Positions 5,419 to 15,367 of a stretch of 64,000 nucleotides of DNA are shown here, piece after piece (positions within the stretch are counted from its first letter, which is position 1; each line of letters begins with the position of its first letter). The notes under the pieces are model-generated. The model ran no database searches. It had not been told where the DNA came from and worked only from the letters and a program-made list of their open reading frames with translations. The DNA is taken from the sequence record NC_031126.1; one strand, written 5' to 3'. Made by a program: the position numbers and the translations under genes.

Positions 5419-5434
5419 TATATCATTTAGGTGA
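5419..5434 (+). promoter_or_regulatory. putative early (virion RNAP) promoter
   Basis: TATATCATTTAGGTGA, a variant of the recurring motif, 49 nt before ATG 5483. Confidence 0.5.
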
Positions 5435-5482
5435 GATTACAATCCTGTAATCAAATGCCTCAGCCCATCAAGGAGTTCTATT

Positions 5483-6496
5483 ATGTCCGCAGTTATCGCA
5501 GCCTCAGCCATTGGCACACTGATGTCATACGGCTATACCGAAGCCGAAGCCAAGCGTATCCGTTCTTTCTTACCACGCCGTTTCCAGACCTTTGGACAAC
5601 CTTTACCACCAACGAATATTGACGCATGGTTAATCTACCGTGCAGTTAAGCATTATCTGCTGTGCTCTAACGAGCGGGGTGTATTCAAACCGTACGCAGG
5701 TACTAGTGGTTACCTCTCCATGCAGTCTACAGAGAGCATGACTTATGTAACCGATAAAGAAACTATCAGCTTTAGCACCGTGGAGTTTGTCCGTCATTTC
5801 GGTGATGCCTTCTACACTGACATGAGTGAGCAGGAAGGTAAACGTATCATCCGTATGAACCAGGATGGGTCGTTCGTTATTAAGAATCGTCGATTGGAAC
5901 AACTGTTCCGTGAGATGGAACAACGTGCTAATCACCAGAAAGGTCCAGGTAGCCACACCAATCCGTACATGAACGCTCACAGCGGTATGTTCTACCTCCC
6001 AGTAGACGAAACGTATAGCGCCAGTGACATCTTTAGCATGTATACCCACGCGGCATTAGCCACTGAATACGTACAGACTCAGGATTTCCGCAAAACGATG
6101 ATATCGGGTGTGGACTTCCACATGGTAGCAAAATATCTGTACTTCCTCTACTGCGAGAAATTGAAAGGTGAAGCACACGGTGAGCATTTTGAAGGTGAAC
6201 GTTTCACGATTGCGCGCGTGTTGGATAATCGTAACGTAGATGCTTTCGCTTACTACCCACATCGTCGTGGGTCAGCAATTTACTTCGCTGACCAAACCGC
6301 TTTAACTGCTAATGGTATCGTGCAGGTAGTGCCGATGCAATTGACTATGAACACTGTACCGGTCAACTATTACTCCCACGGCCGTATGGTTCGCTTCAGT
6401 CTCAATGGTCACATGGAATCATCCCCAAATATTCCATTATCGGTGAAAAAGTATTTCACTCTTGATGAGTGGGCTACTGCGCTTAACAAACAATAA
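5483..6496 (+). CDS. hypothetical protein (337 aa)
   Basis: AAGGAG SD, long ORF, followed by a terminator. No tubulin GGGTGS/TG motif. Confidence 0.85.
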   Translation: MSAVIAASAIGTLMSYGYTEAEAKRIRSFLPRRFQTFGQPLPPTNIDAWLIYRAVKHYLLCSNERGVFKPYAGTSGYLSMQSTESMTYVTDKETISFSTVEFVRHFGDAFYTDMSEQEGKRIIRMNQDGSFVIKNRRLEQLFREMEQRANHQKGPGSHTNPYMNAHSGMFYLPVDETYSASDIFSMYTHAALATEYVQTQDFRKTMISGVDFHMVAKYLYFLYCEKLKGEAHGEHFEGERFTIARVLDNRNVDAFAYYPHRRGSAIYFADQTALTANGIVQVVPMQLTMNTVPVNYYSHGRMVRFSLNGHMESSPNIPLSVKKYFTLDEWATALNKQ

Positions 6497-6502
6497 CTTA
6501 AA

Positions 6503-6532
6503 AAGGTGACCTTCGGGTCACCTTCTTTTTTT
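6503..6532 (+). terminator. intrinsic terminator
   Basis: AAGGTGAC-CTTCGG-GTCACCTT plus T-run. Confidence 0.85.
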
Positions 6533-6567
6533 ACTGTAGAGACCGTTCTCTATAGGAGGAGATAATC

Positions 6568-7020
6568 ATGGCCAATCTGCAACCGACTAGCTACAGCTTT
6601 GAAATGTTGTTTAAGAAATACGCAGCACAGGATATTTTCAAAGCTTTCCACGAAGGCATCATGCCCGCGAGTTTCCAACCTAATAACCGTTACGATGAAC
6701 TTCTACACGATGAGGTGTTAGGGTTTCTGTTTCACCATCCTTTATTTCAGGAATGGCGCGATACACTCAAGTTCGATGAGGATTCTTCTGTCATCCGTAT
6801 CGCGAGTGAATGCCCTGTTATCGAAACCGGGTATAATCTCTCAACACAAGAGGTTCGTCGTTTCAGACAAGATGGCCAGGTTATCCTTGGCTTTATGCGC
6901 TCTATGGCGCGTAGTCTGACGGATCGTGCATTACCTTATGAGGAAGTGTTCGCTGTCATCATGGACGGTATCTTCACTGCTCATCACGTTATGACCACGA
7001 ACATCGAGAACGTCCACTAA
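6568..7020 (+). CDS. hypothetical protein (150 aa)
   Basis: AGGAGGAG SD, clean ORF. Confidence 0.85.
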   Translation: MANLQPTSYSFEMLFKKYAAQDIFKAFHEGIMPASFQPNNRYDELLHDEVLGFLFHHPLFQEWRDTLKFDEDSSVIRIASECPVIETGYNLSTQEVRRFRQDGQVILGFMRSMARSLTDRALPYEEVFAVIMDGIFTAHHVMTTNIENVH

Positions 7021-7086
7021 CTTTTTACGCCAGATACCCTCCCTATAGGGAGTCTGAGCATTATTAGATTCCGATAGGAGAGAAGC

Positions 7087-7473
7087 ATGAAGACGAAGTT
7101 GCGTCCTCTGGATGTTATTCTCGCTCATCCAGAAACGTTAGGTAAGATTAAGCCTAAGACCGAGCTAGACAAACAACTGTTGGAGTGTATCGAGTGGGGA
7201 TTTGCTTTCCATCCGGACGAGACAACAAATACAAAGAAGCTCGACGTTTCTGATGAAGTGGAAATTGACTGGAGTGAAAAAGAAGGGTTCGATGATGTGC
7301 GGCGTTACGTGGAGCAAGCGACGGTTCCTGCTAATATACCCATTGCAGGTAAAGCGGAACATGTTATCTCGCTGCGTCGAGTTGCCAATGCCCAGGAAGA
7401 GAAAGTGCGTGACGGTGAAGCCTGGTCGTATGGCACAGCCAGCCATTTGAAGAACTTGCTGATGCAAGCATAA
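7087..7473 (+). CDS. hypothetical protein (128 aa)
   Basis: AGGAG SD, clean ORF. Confidence 0.8.
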   Translation: MKTKLRPLDVILAHPETLGKIKPKTELDKQLLECIEWGFAFHPDETTNTKKLDVSDEVEIDWSEKEGFDDVRRYVEQATVPANIPIAGKAEHVISLRRVANAQEEKVRDGEAWSYGTASHLKNLLMQA

Positions 7474-7478
7474 TACCC

Positions 7479-7516
7479 TACCCCTGCTTGCGCAGGGGTA
7501 AGTATTTCTTTTTTTT
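7479..7516. terminator. terminator between convergent genes
   Basis: TACCCCTGC-TTGC-GCAGGGGTA plus T-rich tail. Confidence 0.75.
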
Positions 7517-7518
7517 GT

Positions 7519-8331
7519 TTAAGACTTGTATCGACCACCGGCTTGCCAGTTGTAACGATCGCCAATGTTGTCGTTGTGAATCATGGCGCGCTTAACCGCA
7601 GGGATAGTATCATTGAAGGAATCACCAGCATCGGCGTATCCTTCAATCACATTCTTGAATGCACCGAATTCCATACCATTCTCCAGCTTACCGGAGTCCA
7701 TATCGAAAATCAGTTTGTTGTAGATGTACTGTTTAACGGCAAACACTGCCAATGTGCCAATCAGTGGATAGAAGTCTGGTTTGATTTCGTTCAGTTCTTC
7801 GGTCATGGCTAATTTTGCCATCAGTTTAGTTCCGTAGACGAACATACCAGGGTCTTTAATCTTCACGGTGTTTGGCCCGAGAACCCTAACCTCAGGAGAG
7901 GAGATACGTGGTAACGCAGACTGCGAGTCTACCACCTGCTGATTGGAAGCCAGGATACCGGTGGTGGCCCCATCCAGATAGGAGCCCGCTGGCGGCAGTG
8001 TATACGCCTGTCCGGCTACTGGGGTTACCGCCAGATAACCACCGATGATTTCACGACCACCTGTTTTAAAGTCGTCAATGAAGTACACACGGCTGTAGTA
8101 GTCTACCGCATCGTTTTCATACGGCAAACCCTGTAGGTCAACTTCTTCAAACTGACCCATACGGCAGATTTCAGGGATAACGTACTCGTCCAGAACCTTT
8201 TCAGTAATTTCGTTGTCCACTCCGCTCGCAATACCCAAGGAGCGTAAGTTTTCAGGAATAAAAGCGATCCGGAGAACTGGAGCAGGGATATCGCGCCGGA
8301 TACGACGCAGGCAATAATCAATGACATTCAT
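7519..8331 (-). CDS. conserved phiKZ-like protein, probably virion-associated (270 aa)
   Basis: Long ORF with GGAG SD; isolated minus-strand gene ahead of the early cluster, as recalled for phiKZ-like genomes. Virion role is inferred from synteny. Confidence 0.75.
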   Translation of the reverse strand: MNVIDYCLRRIRRDIPAPVLRIAFIPENLRSLGIASGVDNEITEKVLDEYVIPEICRMGQFEEVDLQGLPYENDAVDYYSRVYFIDDFKTGGREIIGGYLAVTPVAGQAYTLPPAGSYLDGATTGILASNQQVVDSQSALPRISSPEVRVLGPNTVKIKDPGMFVYGTKLMAKLAMTEELNEIKPDFYPLIGTLAVFAVKQYIYNKLIFDMDSGKLENGMEFGAFKNVIEGYADAGDSFNDTIPAVKRAMIHNDNIGDRYNWQAGGRYKS

Positions 8332-8455
8332 TTAAAGCTCCTGTGAAGCATTTTAACGGCGTTCATACCAACGGGTTAACCAACCCTACAGGTAACTTAA
8401 AAAAATACGTTACAACGCCATTATGTGCGTACCGCAATCGAAGATATTTGACATA

Positions 8456-8471
8456 GATATTATCTAGGTGA
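8456..8471 (+). promoter_or_regulatory. putative early promoter
   Basis: GATATTATCTAGGTGA, 24 nt before ATG 8495. Confidence 0.65.
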
Positions 8472-8494
8472 CATTCCATAAGGAGTATCTTCCC

Positions 8495-8818
8495 ATGATG
8501 CGGGTCTTGTTTGAGTTGAATTTAAAAACCAAGATTGGGTATATAGGTCCGTACTGGTTAATCATTAACGGTATACAGGAACTCATATACCCAGGACAAT
8601 TCAACTTACCAAAAAATATACTGGACATAGCCAAGCGCTATGACGGAACGGACGCGTGGTTCATGCTCTCTAGTTTGGGGCCAAACCATCGCTATCCATT
8701 TACTTATCATAATGGGGTTGTAGAAACGTGGTCAGAATACACATTAAGCCAAGTGATGTGCACGAGGACTTTTGGGGACGTGTCGCCAAGACGCCTTACG
8801 CTGCCGGACTGCGCATAG
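8495..8818 (+). CDS. hypothetical early protein
   Basis: AAGGAG SD before ATG 8495 (ORF track starts at 8468). Confidence 0.75.
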   Translation: MMRVLFELNLKTKIGYIGPYWLIINGIQELIYPGQFNLPKNILDIAKRYDGTDAWFMLSSLGPNHRYPFTYHNGVVETWSEYTLSQVMCTRTFGDVSPRRLTLPDCA

Positions 8819-9387
8819 ATGAACCAAGAAAGCAAGAAGTGACCGTTCAGCTACTCCATACCGCATTGGAGGAAATCTTCTACTCTATTGAAGAAATGCC
8901 CAATGCACAACTGACCGACCACCTCGAGCCGTATGTTGACCGACCGATGATGCATAACCTTCTGCAAAAGAACGGCATCCTGGGCGAACCCGAAGTTATT
9001 CGTAGCATGTCGAAAGTTGTTACTGACACAATACTGGGTAAGGATTATCTCGGCAGCAAAGTAGTGGAGCATGTAGTTTACGAATCGCCGTCGGCGTTAA
9101 TTACGGCTGCGTTTGAACAAATCTTCCATGACTTTGTTTCTGGTATCGAACGTTTACTGAAAACCAGTTTCCGACAGATGAACAAACGTCTGAATCGATA
9201 TGCTGTAGTCGAGATGGTTCCGCATATCTCACATAACTCCCGCATCGTATCATTGGAGCTGGTAATAGGTGAAGACATCAGACACATTCATTATAGGCAA
9301 TGCTTCCCAACCGGGCGTTACAAAGCCCCAGTCGTCTGTGACGATGATACGCTTCGTGACGTACAAAGCATACTTGCGGATAATTGA
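8728..9387 (+). CDS. hypothetical early protein (start uncertain)
   Basis: 219-aa ORF; GTG start overlaps the upstream gene. Confidence 0.7.
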   Translation: MVRIHIKPSDVHEDFWGRVAKTPYAAGLRIDEPRKQEVTVQLLHTALEEIFYSIEEMPNAQLTDHLEPYVDRPMMHNLLQKNGILGEPEVIRSMSKVVTDTILGKDYLGSKVVEHVVYESPSALITAAFEQIFHDFVSGIERLLKTSFRQMNKRLNRYAVVEMVPHISHNSRIVSLELVIGEDIRHIHYRQCFPTGRYKAPVVCDDDTLRDVQSILADN

Positions 9388-9715
9388 AAACGCACACAAC
9401 AACGACGTGTACCTCTCGGGGTACGATTGCCAAACAACCTTGAAGTTCGTGACATGGGATTTGTTTCAGTATCTCATCCACCACTTCAATCCATACGCTG
9501 GCATTAACTACGACGATGTCGTAACGATAGTCAGAGTACAATTCCCAGCTGTGCCCAGACATGTAGCTTTTGAATGGGCAGAGATAGTACGCAGAGCCAT
9601 GTGCGAAGAGTTTAATATAGCGTATAAGGGATACACACTCACTTACGAACTTGATAATGAGTTTGTTCGTGTCACCACGAAGAAGGTGATGGAAAGTGCA
9701 GACGATCTATTTTGA
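9344..9715 (+). CDS. hypothetical early protein
   Basis: ORF 9269-9715; likely ATG 9344 (MIRFVTYK). Confidence 0.65.
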   Translation: MIRFVTYKAYLRIIENAHNNDVYLSGYDCQTTLKFVTWDLFQYLIHHFNPYAGINYDDVVTIVRVQFPAVPRHVAFEWAEIVRRAMCEEFNIAYKGYTLTYELDNEFVRVTTKKVMESADDLF

Positions 9716-10085
9716 GCTACCCGATACTTATCGGGAAATGCTTAAACCACTGGATCATTTCGGCGGGTTAGATTATTTCCAGCACCATGAAACGATTGAC
9801 CGATACATCGAACATTTAGTTCGCATGGAGGTCTGTCGCCGTCAGTGTCACGCCGAGCCTTACCATGTAAGGGAGTGGTTTAAAGCGACCATCGCGGAAG
9901 ATCCAATTTCCGATGATTATTTCATCAATCAAGTAATACAAACTTACATCGTCCAATCTACGGATATGTGGCGACATATTGAACGTGAACTCACTTTCAC
10001 ACCTACCAGTCAATTCATGATGTGGCACGTTGACTTTGGACTGTGGAAAATGATTGCTTCAGGAGTTAAGTTTTATGTTAAGTAA
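9696..10085 (+). CDS. hypothetical early protein
   Basis: 129-aa ORF, MQTIYFELPD, overlapping operon arrangement. Confidence 0.75.
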   Translation: MQTIYFELPDTYREMLKPLDHFGGLDYFQHHETIDRYIEHLVRMEVCRRQCHAEPYHVREWFKATIAEDPISDDYFINQVIQTYIVQSTDMWRHIERELTFTPTSQFMMWHVDFGLWKMIASGVKFYVK

Positions 10086-10581
10086 ATCATACTTTCTGAT
10101 TCCTGACTATCAGGATATCTGTGGCCCCCTGTCAGAGTTTGACCCGCATGCTGTTCTGCGGGAAATTAACGATGACTTGAACGGCGTCATCAATAAAGCG
10201 TTTGCTTTCGTTGAGACCGGGTCAATTGGTGATGAGTTGCCATTCATGCTACCGAACACGTATCAGTACGTGGCAACTGAATTATCCACTCGTGGCATCA
10301 CATTAGATGGCCCGCAAGCACTGGTCTACGGGGCTGCTATTCAGGATGTGGGTAAAGCATTCATGACCGCGGTTTCGACATCTCCCCACTGGTTTACCCG
10401 TTATGGGAAATGGGTTGGTGGTCGATACAGCACTAATCGTCCGGGTGGTGTTGAGTTCTTACTGGATTATAATCAGGTTAAGTTCCCACAATTCGAAACA
10501 GCCGAAGCATTTAATGAACTATCACCGAAGTTGTTGACAGTCATTGAAATGTTGATTGGTTCGTTGGGCGGCCGCTTATGA
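10075..10581 (+). CDS. hypothetical early protein
   Basis: AGGAG SD before ATG 10075 (MLSKSYFLIPD). Confidence 0.8.
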   Translation: MLSKSYFLIPDYQDICGPLSEFDPHAVLREINDDLNGVINKAFAFVETGSIGDELPFMLPNTYQYVATELSTRGITLDGPQALVYGAAIQDVGKAFMTAVSTSPHWFTRYGKWVGGRYSTNRPGGVEFLLDYNQVKFPQFETAEAFNELSPKLLTVIEMLIGSLGGRL

Positions 10582-11096
10582 TTGTCTACTACGATGCAAC
10601 TGAGCGTGTAGACAATTACGGCAAGGCGAAGTTCTACGAGATGGTGCGTGAGAATATCGCAGAAATCTTCGAGAAGAGCGGGCTTGAGGTTATGGCCCAT
10701 GAAGTTCATGGGTCAGATAAAGCCATCATTGATATCTATCAGAAATACGCATACGCGTACGTGGTCGCTATTATGGCGAATAACTCCACGCTTTTCGAAG
10801 ACAACTTCTTTGAAGAACTCAATGATCCTGTCGGGGGCTGGCGGCCAATGGATGAGGGCGGTGATGAGTGGGGTTCCACGGTGTGGAATGAAACTGTTGT
10901 CCCCAATACATACGGGTCGATGGAACAGCAAAACCTCGCCCGCATCACCGCGGTAAACATGTTCAACGAACAAGGTCAACAACAAACTGACCTGGCTGGG
11001 TTGGTGCGTCAGTTGTATCCGGGGCGTTACCTGAACCACCATGGTGACGATTTCAAAGGGCTAGTGTTGGTATGTGAGCATGAAAGTTTATTTTGA
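10578..11096 (+). CDS. hypothetical early protein
   Basis: 172 aa, ATGA-coupled. Confidence 0.8.
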   Translation: MIVYYDATERVDNYGKAKFYEMVRENIAEIFEKSGLEVMAHEVHGSDKAIIDIYQKYAYAYVVAIMANNSTLFEDNFFEELNDPVGGWRPMDEGGDEWGSTVWNETVVPNTYGSMEQQNLARITAVNMFNEQGQQQTDLAGLVRQLYPGRYLNHHGDDFKGLVLVCEHESLF

Positions 11097-11517
11097 GCTA
11101 CGTGACATCTGCGACATCGACGGTATACTCGGGCGGGTAAATATCGAATCGGCGTACTATAATCCAAAGCGAACACCACACTTGTGTTATATGTTCGTCG
11201 CGGAATACGCAAGAGAAGCACTGGAGCAGATTGTGAACCATGGTTTAGGCGTGGGGTTTGTGACCTTCACGCCACCTGACCAGTATCGCATTCTGGCTCG
11301 TATGAAGCAACTCTGGTCGGAAGAAGACATCCTCGCATTGCGGATCAGTTTTGACTCGATAGCATTGCATGAAGAGGTACGCTTCTTCGAATTACAGCAA
11401 ATCGTGCAAGCAGCTTGTGTGCACTCCGGTTTTAATCGTATGGAGATTGCCGAGCAAACTAAGGTTACTCTCTTTATGAATGAGATTGGTAACGCACTGA
11501 TTTGCATGGAGTGCTAA
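11080..11517 (+). CDS. hypothetical early protein
   Basis: MKVYFELRD..., overlapping operon. Confidence 0.75.
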   Translation: MKVYFELRDICDIDGILGRVNIESAYYNPKRTPHLCYMFVAEYAREALEQIVNHGLGVGFVTFTPPDQYRILARMKQLWSEEDILALRISFDSIALHEEVRFFELQQIVQAACVHSGFNRMEIAEQTKVTLFMNEIGNALICMEC

Positions 11518-11526
11518 GGAGCACAG

Positions 11527-12123
11527 ATGATTTATAACGTGTTGGCCATCCACAGCTGGGGAATTAAACTGGGTGTGGTCGGCTACCTCACGGATGGCGA
11601 AGTGTTTTTGGAGGCGGTTGAAAAAACCGTTGCGAAGTTCCCAAAGATGCGCGTCGATTTACCGGTAGGGGAGCTGGAGAGTGATGTAATTTATAGCGCG
11701 TTACGTACAGCGGCGATGGTGTATCTGGATAACTATCAAACCGTATTGCCTCGCGTTCAGCTAAGTCGTCTGAAAACGTTCCTGGATTCGCTAAGTGATG
11801 AATACCGTCGTTGGAAATTCGATGCCGGTATGGAGTGTACCCCCAACGATACGGTGATGGAGGAATTGACCCCGTTGATTCAACTACACCGTTCTGTGAG
11901 CAGTGATAATTTCAGCGTGGCAAATACCATTCTGGAATATTCCATTGAAGCCGTCTCGCAGTTCTTTGCGAAGCAGATTGTGGAAGAGTTCGCTCACGTT
12001 GTTGCGGCGTACCGTCTCATGCACAAAGGGAACATTGAGCGGTTAGTCGTCACGCTCGATTTCCCACAGTGTCAATTCAACATCATGGATATGAGACTAC
12101 ACATTCACGTCGCGGAGGAGTAA
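11527..12123 (+). CDS. hypothetical early protein (198 aa)
   Basis: AAGGAG SD. Confidence 0.8.
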   Translation: MIYNVLAIHSWGIKLGVVGYLTDGEVFLEAVEKTVAKFPKMRVDLPVGELESDVIYSALRTAAMVYLDNYQTVLPRVQLSRLKTFLDSLSDEYRRWKFDAGMECTPNDTVMEELTPLIQLHRSVSSDNFSVANTILEYSIEAVSQFFAKQIVEEFAHVVAAYRLMHKGNIERLVVTLDFPQCQFNIMDMRLHIHVAEE

Positions 12124-12530
12124 TGTACGACATTAAGCAGTTAGAAGCCGGTTCGGTGGTGAACATCACGTATGACACCCCGATTAAGATGCCCGAGCAA
12201 CGTGTTGTTGTCTTGGGCACCTGCGGTTACGAAATGGCCAAAAGCTTTGAAGATGTCAATGCAACCCAGAAGAACATCTATTCCAGTCTGGTCGCCCAGC
12301 CGGAAGACAATACAGCGAAATACCTGTATCTGATGTTCAAAGGGGCTAACGGTAAAATCCGTGTAGCAGCAGATGCGTGGATTCGTGACGTTAGCGTCAT
12401 TAAGAATCTTACCGTACGCTTTACCGTTACGGTGGATAACCGTGACGAGATTGATGAAATTACCAAAGCCTTGGCTATCCGTGGGCTAAACGATGTCAAG
12501 TATGAAATCGTGGATAACACGGCAGGATAA
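12123..12530 (+). CDS. hypothetical protein (135 aa)
   Basis: GGAGGAG SD, TAATG coupling at 12121-25. Confidence 0.8.
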   Translation: MYDIKQLEAGSVVNITYDTPIKMPEQRVVVLGTCGYEMAKSFEDVNATQKNIYSSLVAQPEDNTAKYLYLMFKGANGKIRVAADAWIRDVSVIKNLTVRFTVTVDNRDEIDEITKALAIRGLNDVKYEIVDNTAG

Positions 12531-12570
12531 GAATACCCCTCTTCGGAGGGGATTCTTTTTTTTTCTTTTT
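12531..12570 (+). terminator. intrinsic terminator
   Basis: CCCCTC-TTCG-GAGGGG plus long T-run. Confidence 0.85.
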
Positions 12571-12625
12571 TCACGGGAGAGACAAGTCTTATAGCAGAGA
12601 GAATCTAACGCCACAGGAGTACAGC

Positions 12626-14935
12626 GTGGAATACAAAGAACCATTCCGATTACAGGTCGACGAGTATAAGCGTGAGATTGATGTAATCGAAGGATACATG
12701 GAACAACTGACGCTGTACATCTGGCACCAAACAGATCACAAGTACAGTCAAGAGTACATTCGTGGACAAATTGAGGAGATGTTTGCGGAAGGTGGTGAGT
12801 TGGCACATAACTACCCATCGTGTAAGATGTGGGTGCGCAATCAGACCACCGGCGATCGTGAAGAAAAACATACCACGATTGATAAGCTATTTAAGACAGT
12901 GATTGCAAAGCAGATTATTTCTGCACCATCACTGACTTTCTATTTACCAGAACATGTCAAGCGTTCTAAGCTTGCGGAATTTACCGCAGAGAACGTGCGT
13001 AAACGTGCTGTGGTAAAGAACGAGATGTACGAAGCAGCAGCGGCCGGTAATGAAGTTCTGAAAATTAACAAGAAGAACGAACAGAACGCTGTTAAGACTT
13101 TGAACAACGGTATGTCAGGTGCGTTCTCTTCACCGTATACGGTAATCTTTAACCAGTCTTCGCACTCGGTGTTGACCTCGACTTGTCGTACAGCAACCTC
13201 GTTTGGTAACGCAGGCAACGAACGTCTGTTGGGTGGCGCGCGTCACTACGACACACCATCCCGCGTTATCGACCATTTCCTGAGTATCGGTACGCTGACC
13301 GACTTCATCGCCTTCAAAGAGTGCATGGAGAAATACAGCCTGCATGTACCTACGGTCGACGAGACCATGGATGTTATCACCTACTCGTCCGATCTGTATT
13401 GGCGCAGCGCTGAGGGTCTGGCGCGCGTACGCCACTTCGTTGAACGTGTATCCGATCTGGAACGTGCAGCGTTTGTGTACATGGGTGACTTCTTCCATCT
13501 GGCGAAATTCAACGACGAGTTCATGCGTGGGTTTATCACCGCTCTCATTTCTAAAGAGATGGTTGAGGACTGCACTAACTGGACGGATGAGCAGTGGAAA
13601 GCTGCTGAAAAAACTATCGACGGTGATATGAAAATCATCATTGGTCAGTTCCGTACAGATATCGTACCGTTGGGTAAATCGTTTGGGGACGTTAAACGTA
13701 AGGATAAAGAAACCGAACAAGCGTTACCATGGAGTGAGCAGGGCGATTATAAAGAGTTGATTCGTTCAGCTGTATTCCTGCAACGCACTATCGGTAGTTA
13801 TACTTGCCTGATTAAGAATATCCTGACCACTCGTAACCTGCCGGTTAACATTGCCAGGATGCCCGATGTGGTACGTCGTGTGGGTGTGGTATCTGATACT
13901 GACTCCACGATGATGACCGCACAGTGGTGGGCGCAGTGGTATTGCGGTCAGCATTACGGTGAAACCGCAACTCGTGTATCGGATGCAATGATTTACATTG
14001 CTACCCAGCACCTGCGTCACCTGATGGCCAGTATGTCAGCCAATATCGGTGTGGCCAAAGAACGTATCTTCCTGTACGCCATGAAGAACGAGTTTAAATT
14101 TGACTCCTTCGCATTGACCACCAAAGCAAAACACTACTTCTCCATTATTACTGGACAGGAAGGCCAGCTGAAGAAAGACCCAGAGTTGGAAGTTAAAGGC
14201 GTAAGCTTACGTACCTCTAATATTCCTCCGATTATCATGAAGGAGTTTAAGAAGACTATCCGTCAGCTGTGTATCACCGTAGCAAAAGGTGAGCGGATTG
14301 AAATCGTTCCACTGATGGAGAAAGTCGCATCTATTGAGCACAACGTTGTTGACTCGTTGCGTAGCGGTAACCCAGGTTACTTGAAAACCACGAACATCAA
14401 ACCGCGTGATGCTTATCAGGGCGATGAGAAGAGCTACCATTATCACCGCATGTACAATACGATCTTTGGGCCGAAGTATGGTTACATCGAGGAACCACCG
14501 TACGATGCTGTTAAGCTTCCGGTCAATCTGGAAACCAAAACGGCATTGAAAGAATGGATTGAGTCTATCGAAGACCCGATTATCCGTAACGGGGCACAAG
14601 CCTGGTTTGAAGAAACCAAAGGCCGTACGTACAGCACATTGATTCTGCCAGAACACTTGGTGGAGAACCACGGTATTCCACCTGAGCTGATTGCTGCTGC
14701 GAACGTACGTAAAACCGCATTCGCAACGGTAGAGCCTTACTATCACATCCTGGAATGTCTGGGTGTCTTCATGATCGATAAGACCCGTACGCGTCTGCTG
14801 TCTGACTACTACGGTGAATCGTTAGAAGCCCTGGCTGAGTTGCCAGATCTGAAAGCAGTGCGTTATGTACCGAAAGCAGAACGTGACGCGGAAGATGAAG
14901 ACGAGGATGAAGACGGTGAAGAAGCAGAAGATTGA
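12626..14935 (+). CDS. family B DNA polymerase, catalytic subunit (phiKZ gp50-like)
   Basis: Motif B-like QNAVKTLNNGMSG; motif C VVSDTDSTM; KAKHY and VKGV. AGGAG SD before the GTG start; acidic C-tail. Confidence 0.9.
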   Translation: MEYKEPFRLQVDEYKREIDVIEGYMEQLTLYIWHQTDHKYSQEYIRGQIEEMFAEGGELAHNYPSCKMWVRNQTTGDREEKHTTIDKLFKTVIAKQIISAPSLTFYLPEHVKRSKLAEFTAENVRKRAVVKNEMYEAAAAGNEVLKINKKNEQNAVKTLNNGMSGAFSSPYTVIFNQSSHSVLTSTCRTATSFGNAGNERLLGGARHYDTPSRVIDHFLSIGTLTDFIAFKECMEKYSLHVPTVDETMDVITYSSDLYWRSAEGLARVRHFVERVSDLERAAFVYMGDFFHLAKFNDEFMRGFITALISKEMVEDCTNWTDEQWKAAEKTIDGDMKIIIGQFRTDIVPLGKSFGDVKRKDKETEQALPWSEQGDYKELIRSAVFLQRTIGSYTCLIKNILTTRNLPVNIARMPDVVRRVGVVSDTDSTMMTAQWWAQWYCGQHYGETATRVSDAMIYIATQHLRHLMASMSANIGVAKERIFLYAMKNEFKFDSFALTTKAKHYFSIITGQEGQLKKDPELEVKGVSLRTSNIPPIIMKEFKKTIRQLCITVAKGERIEIVPLMEKVASIEHNVVDSLRSGNPGYLKTTNIKPRDAYQGDEKSYHYHRMYNTIFGPKYGYIEEPPYDAVKLPVNLETKTALKEWIESIEDPIIRNGAQAWFEETKGRTYSTLILPEHLVENHGIPPELIAAANVRKTAFATVEPYYHILECLGVFMIDKTRTRLLSDYYGESLEALAELPDLKAVRYVPKAERDAEDEDEDEDGEEAED

Positions 14936-15191
14936 GCCTGAACGTATTCTGGGTATTCGGACACCGAAGAACGCCATGTGGGCGCTCATGCCCAAGCGCG
15001 AGTTATCGGAGATTATCCGTGAGCTGTTATTGACCGACCATCAAACTGAAGGGATGATGGTCGAGCAGCACATCATGGTTGACGATCTGATAGCCAGCAT
15101 GACCCCAGCACAATCTGCGGAGATACGTGAGGCGATTGTGAATGTAATCCGTAAGGTAGTAAAGGAGACGATTGACAATGGCGTATCGTGA
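14895..15191 (+). CDS. hypothetical protein (start uncertain)
   Basis: ORF overlapping the polymerase 3' end. Confidence 0.55.
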   Translation: MKTRMKTVKKQKIEPERILGIRTPKNAMWALMPKRELSEIIRELLLTDHQTEGMMVEQHIMVDDLIASMTPAQSAEIREAIVNVIRKVVKETIDNGVS

Positions 15192-15363
15192 TCCAAAGAA
15201 AGCGAGTGAAATGGCTCGTGGTATCATTGATGATCTGAAAGAACGGGGTTGTGAGAATATAGTTCTCCACAGTAGCGGTGAAACAGTTCATGTTACAGCC
15301 GACGACCCTAAAAAGAAAAAGGGCGTCCAGGTGATTGGTAAACCCTACGCTAATGGAGGGTAA
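15178..15363 (+). CDS. small hypothetical protein (61 aa)
   Basis: AAGGAG upstream of ATG 15178. Confidence 0.65.
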   Translation: MAYRDPKKASEMARGIIDDLKERGCENIVLHSSGETVHVTADDPKKKKGVQVIGKPYANGG

Positions 15364-15367
15364 GTAG

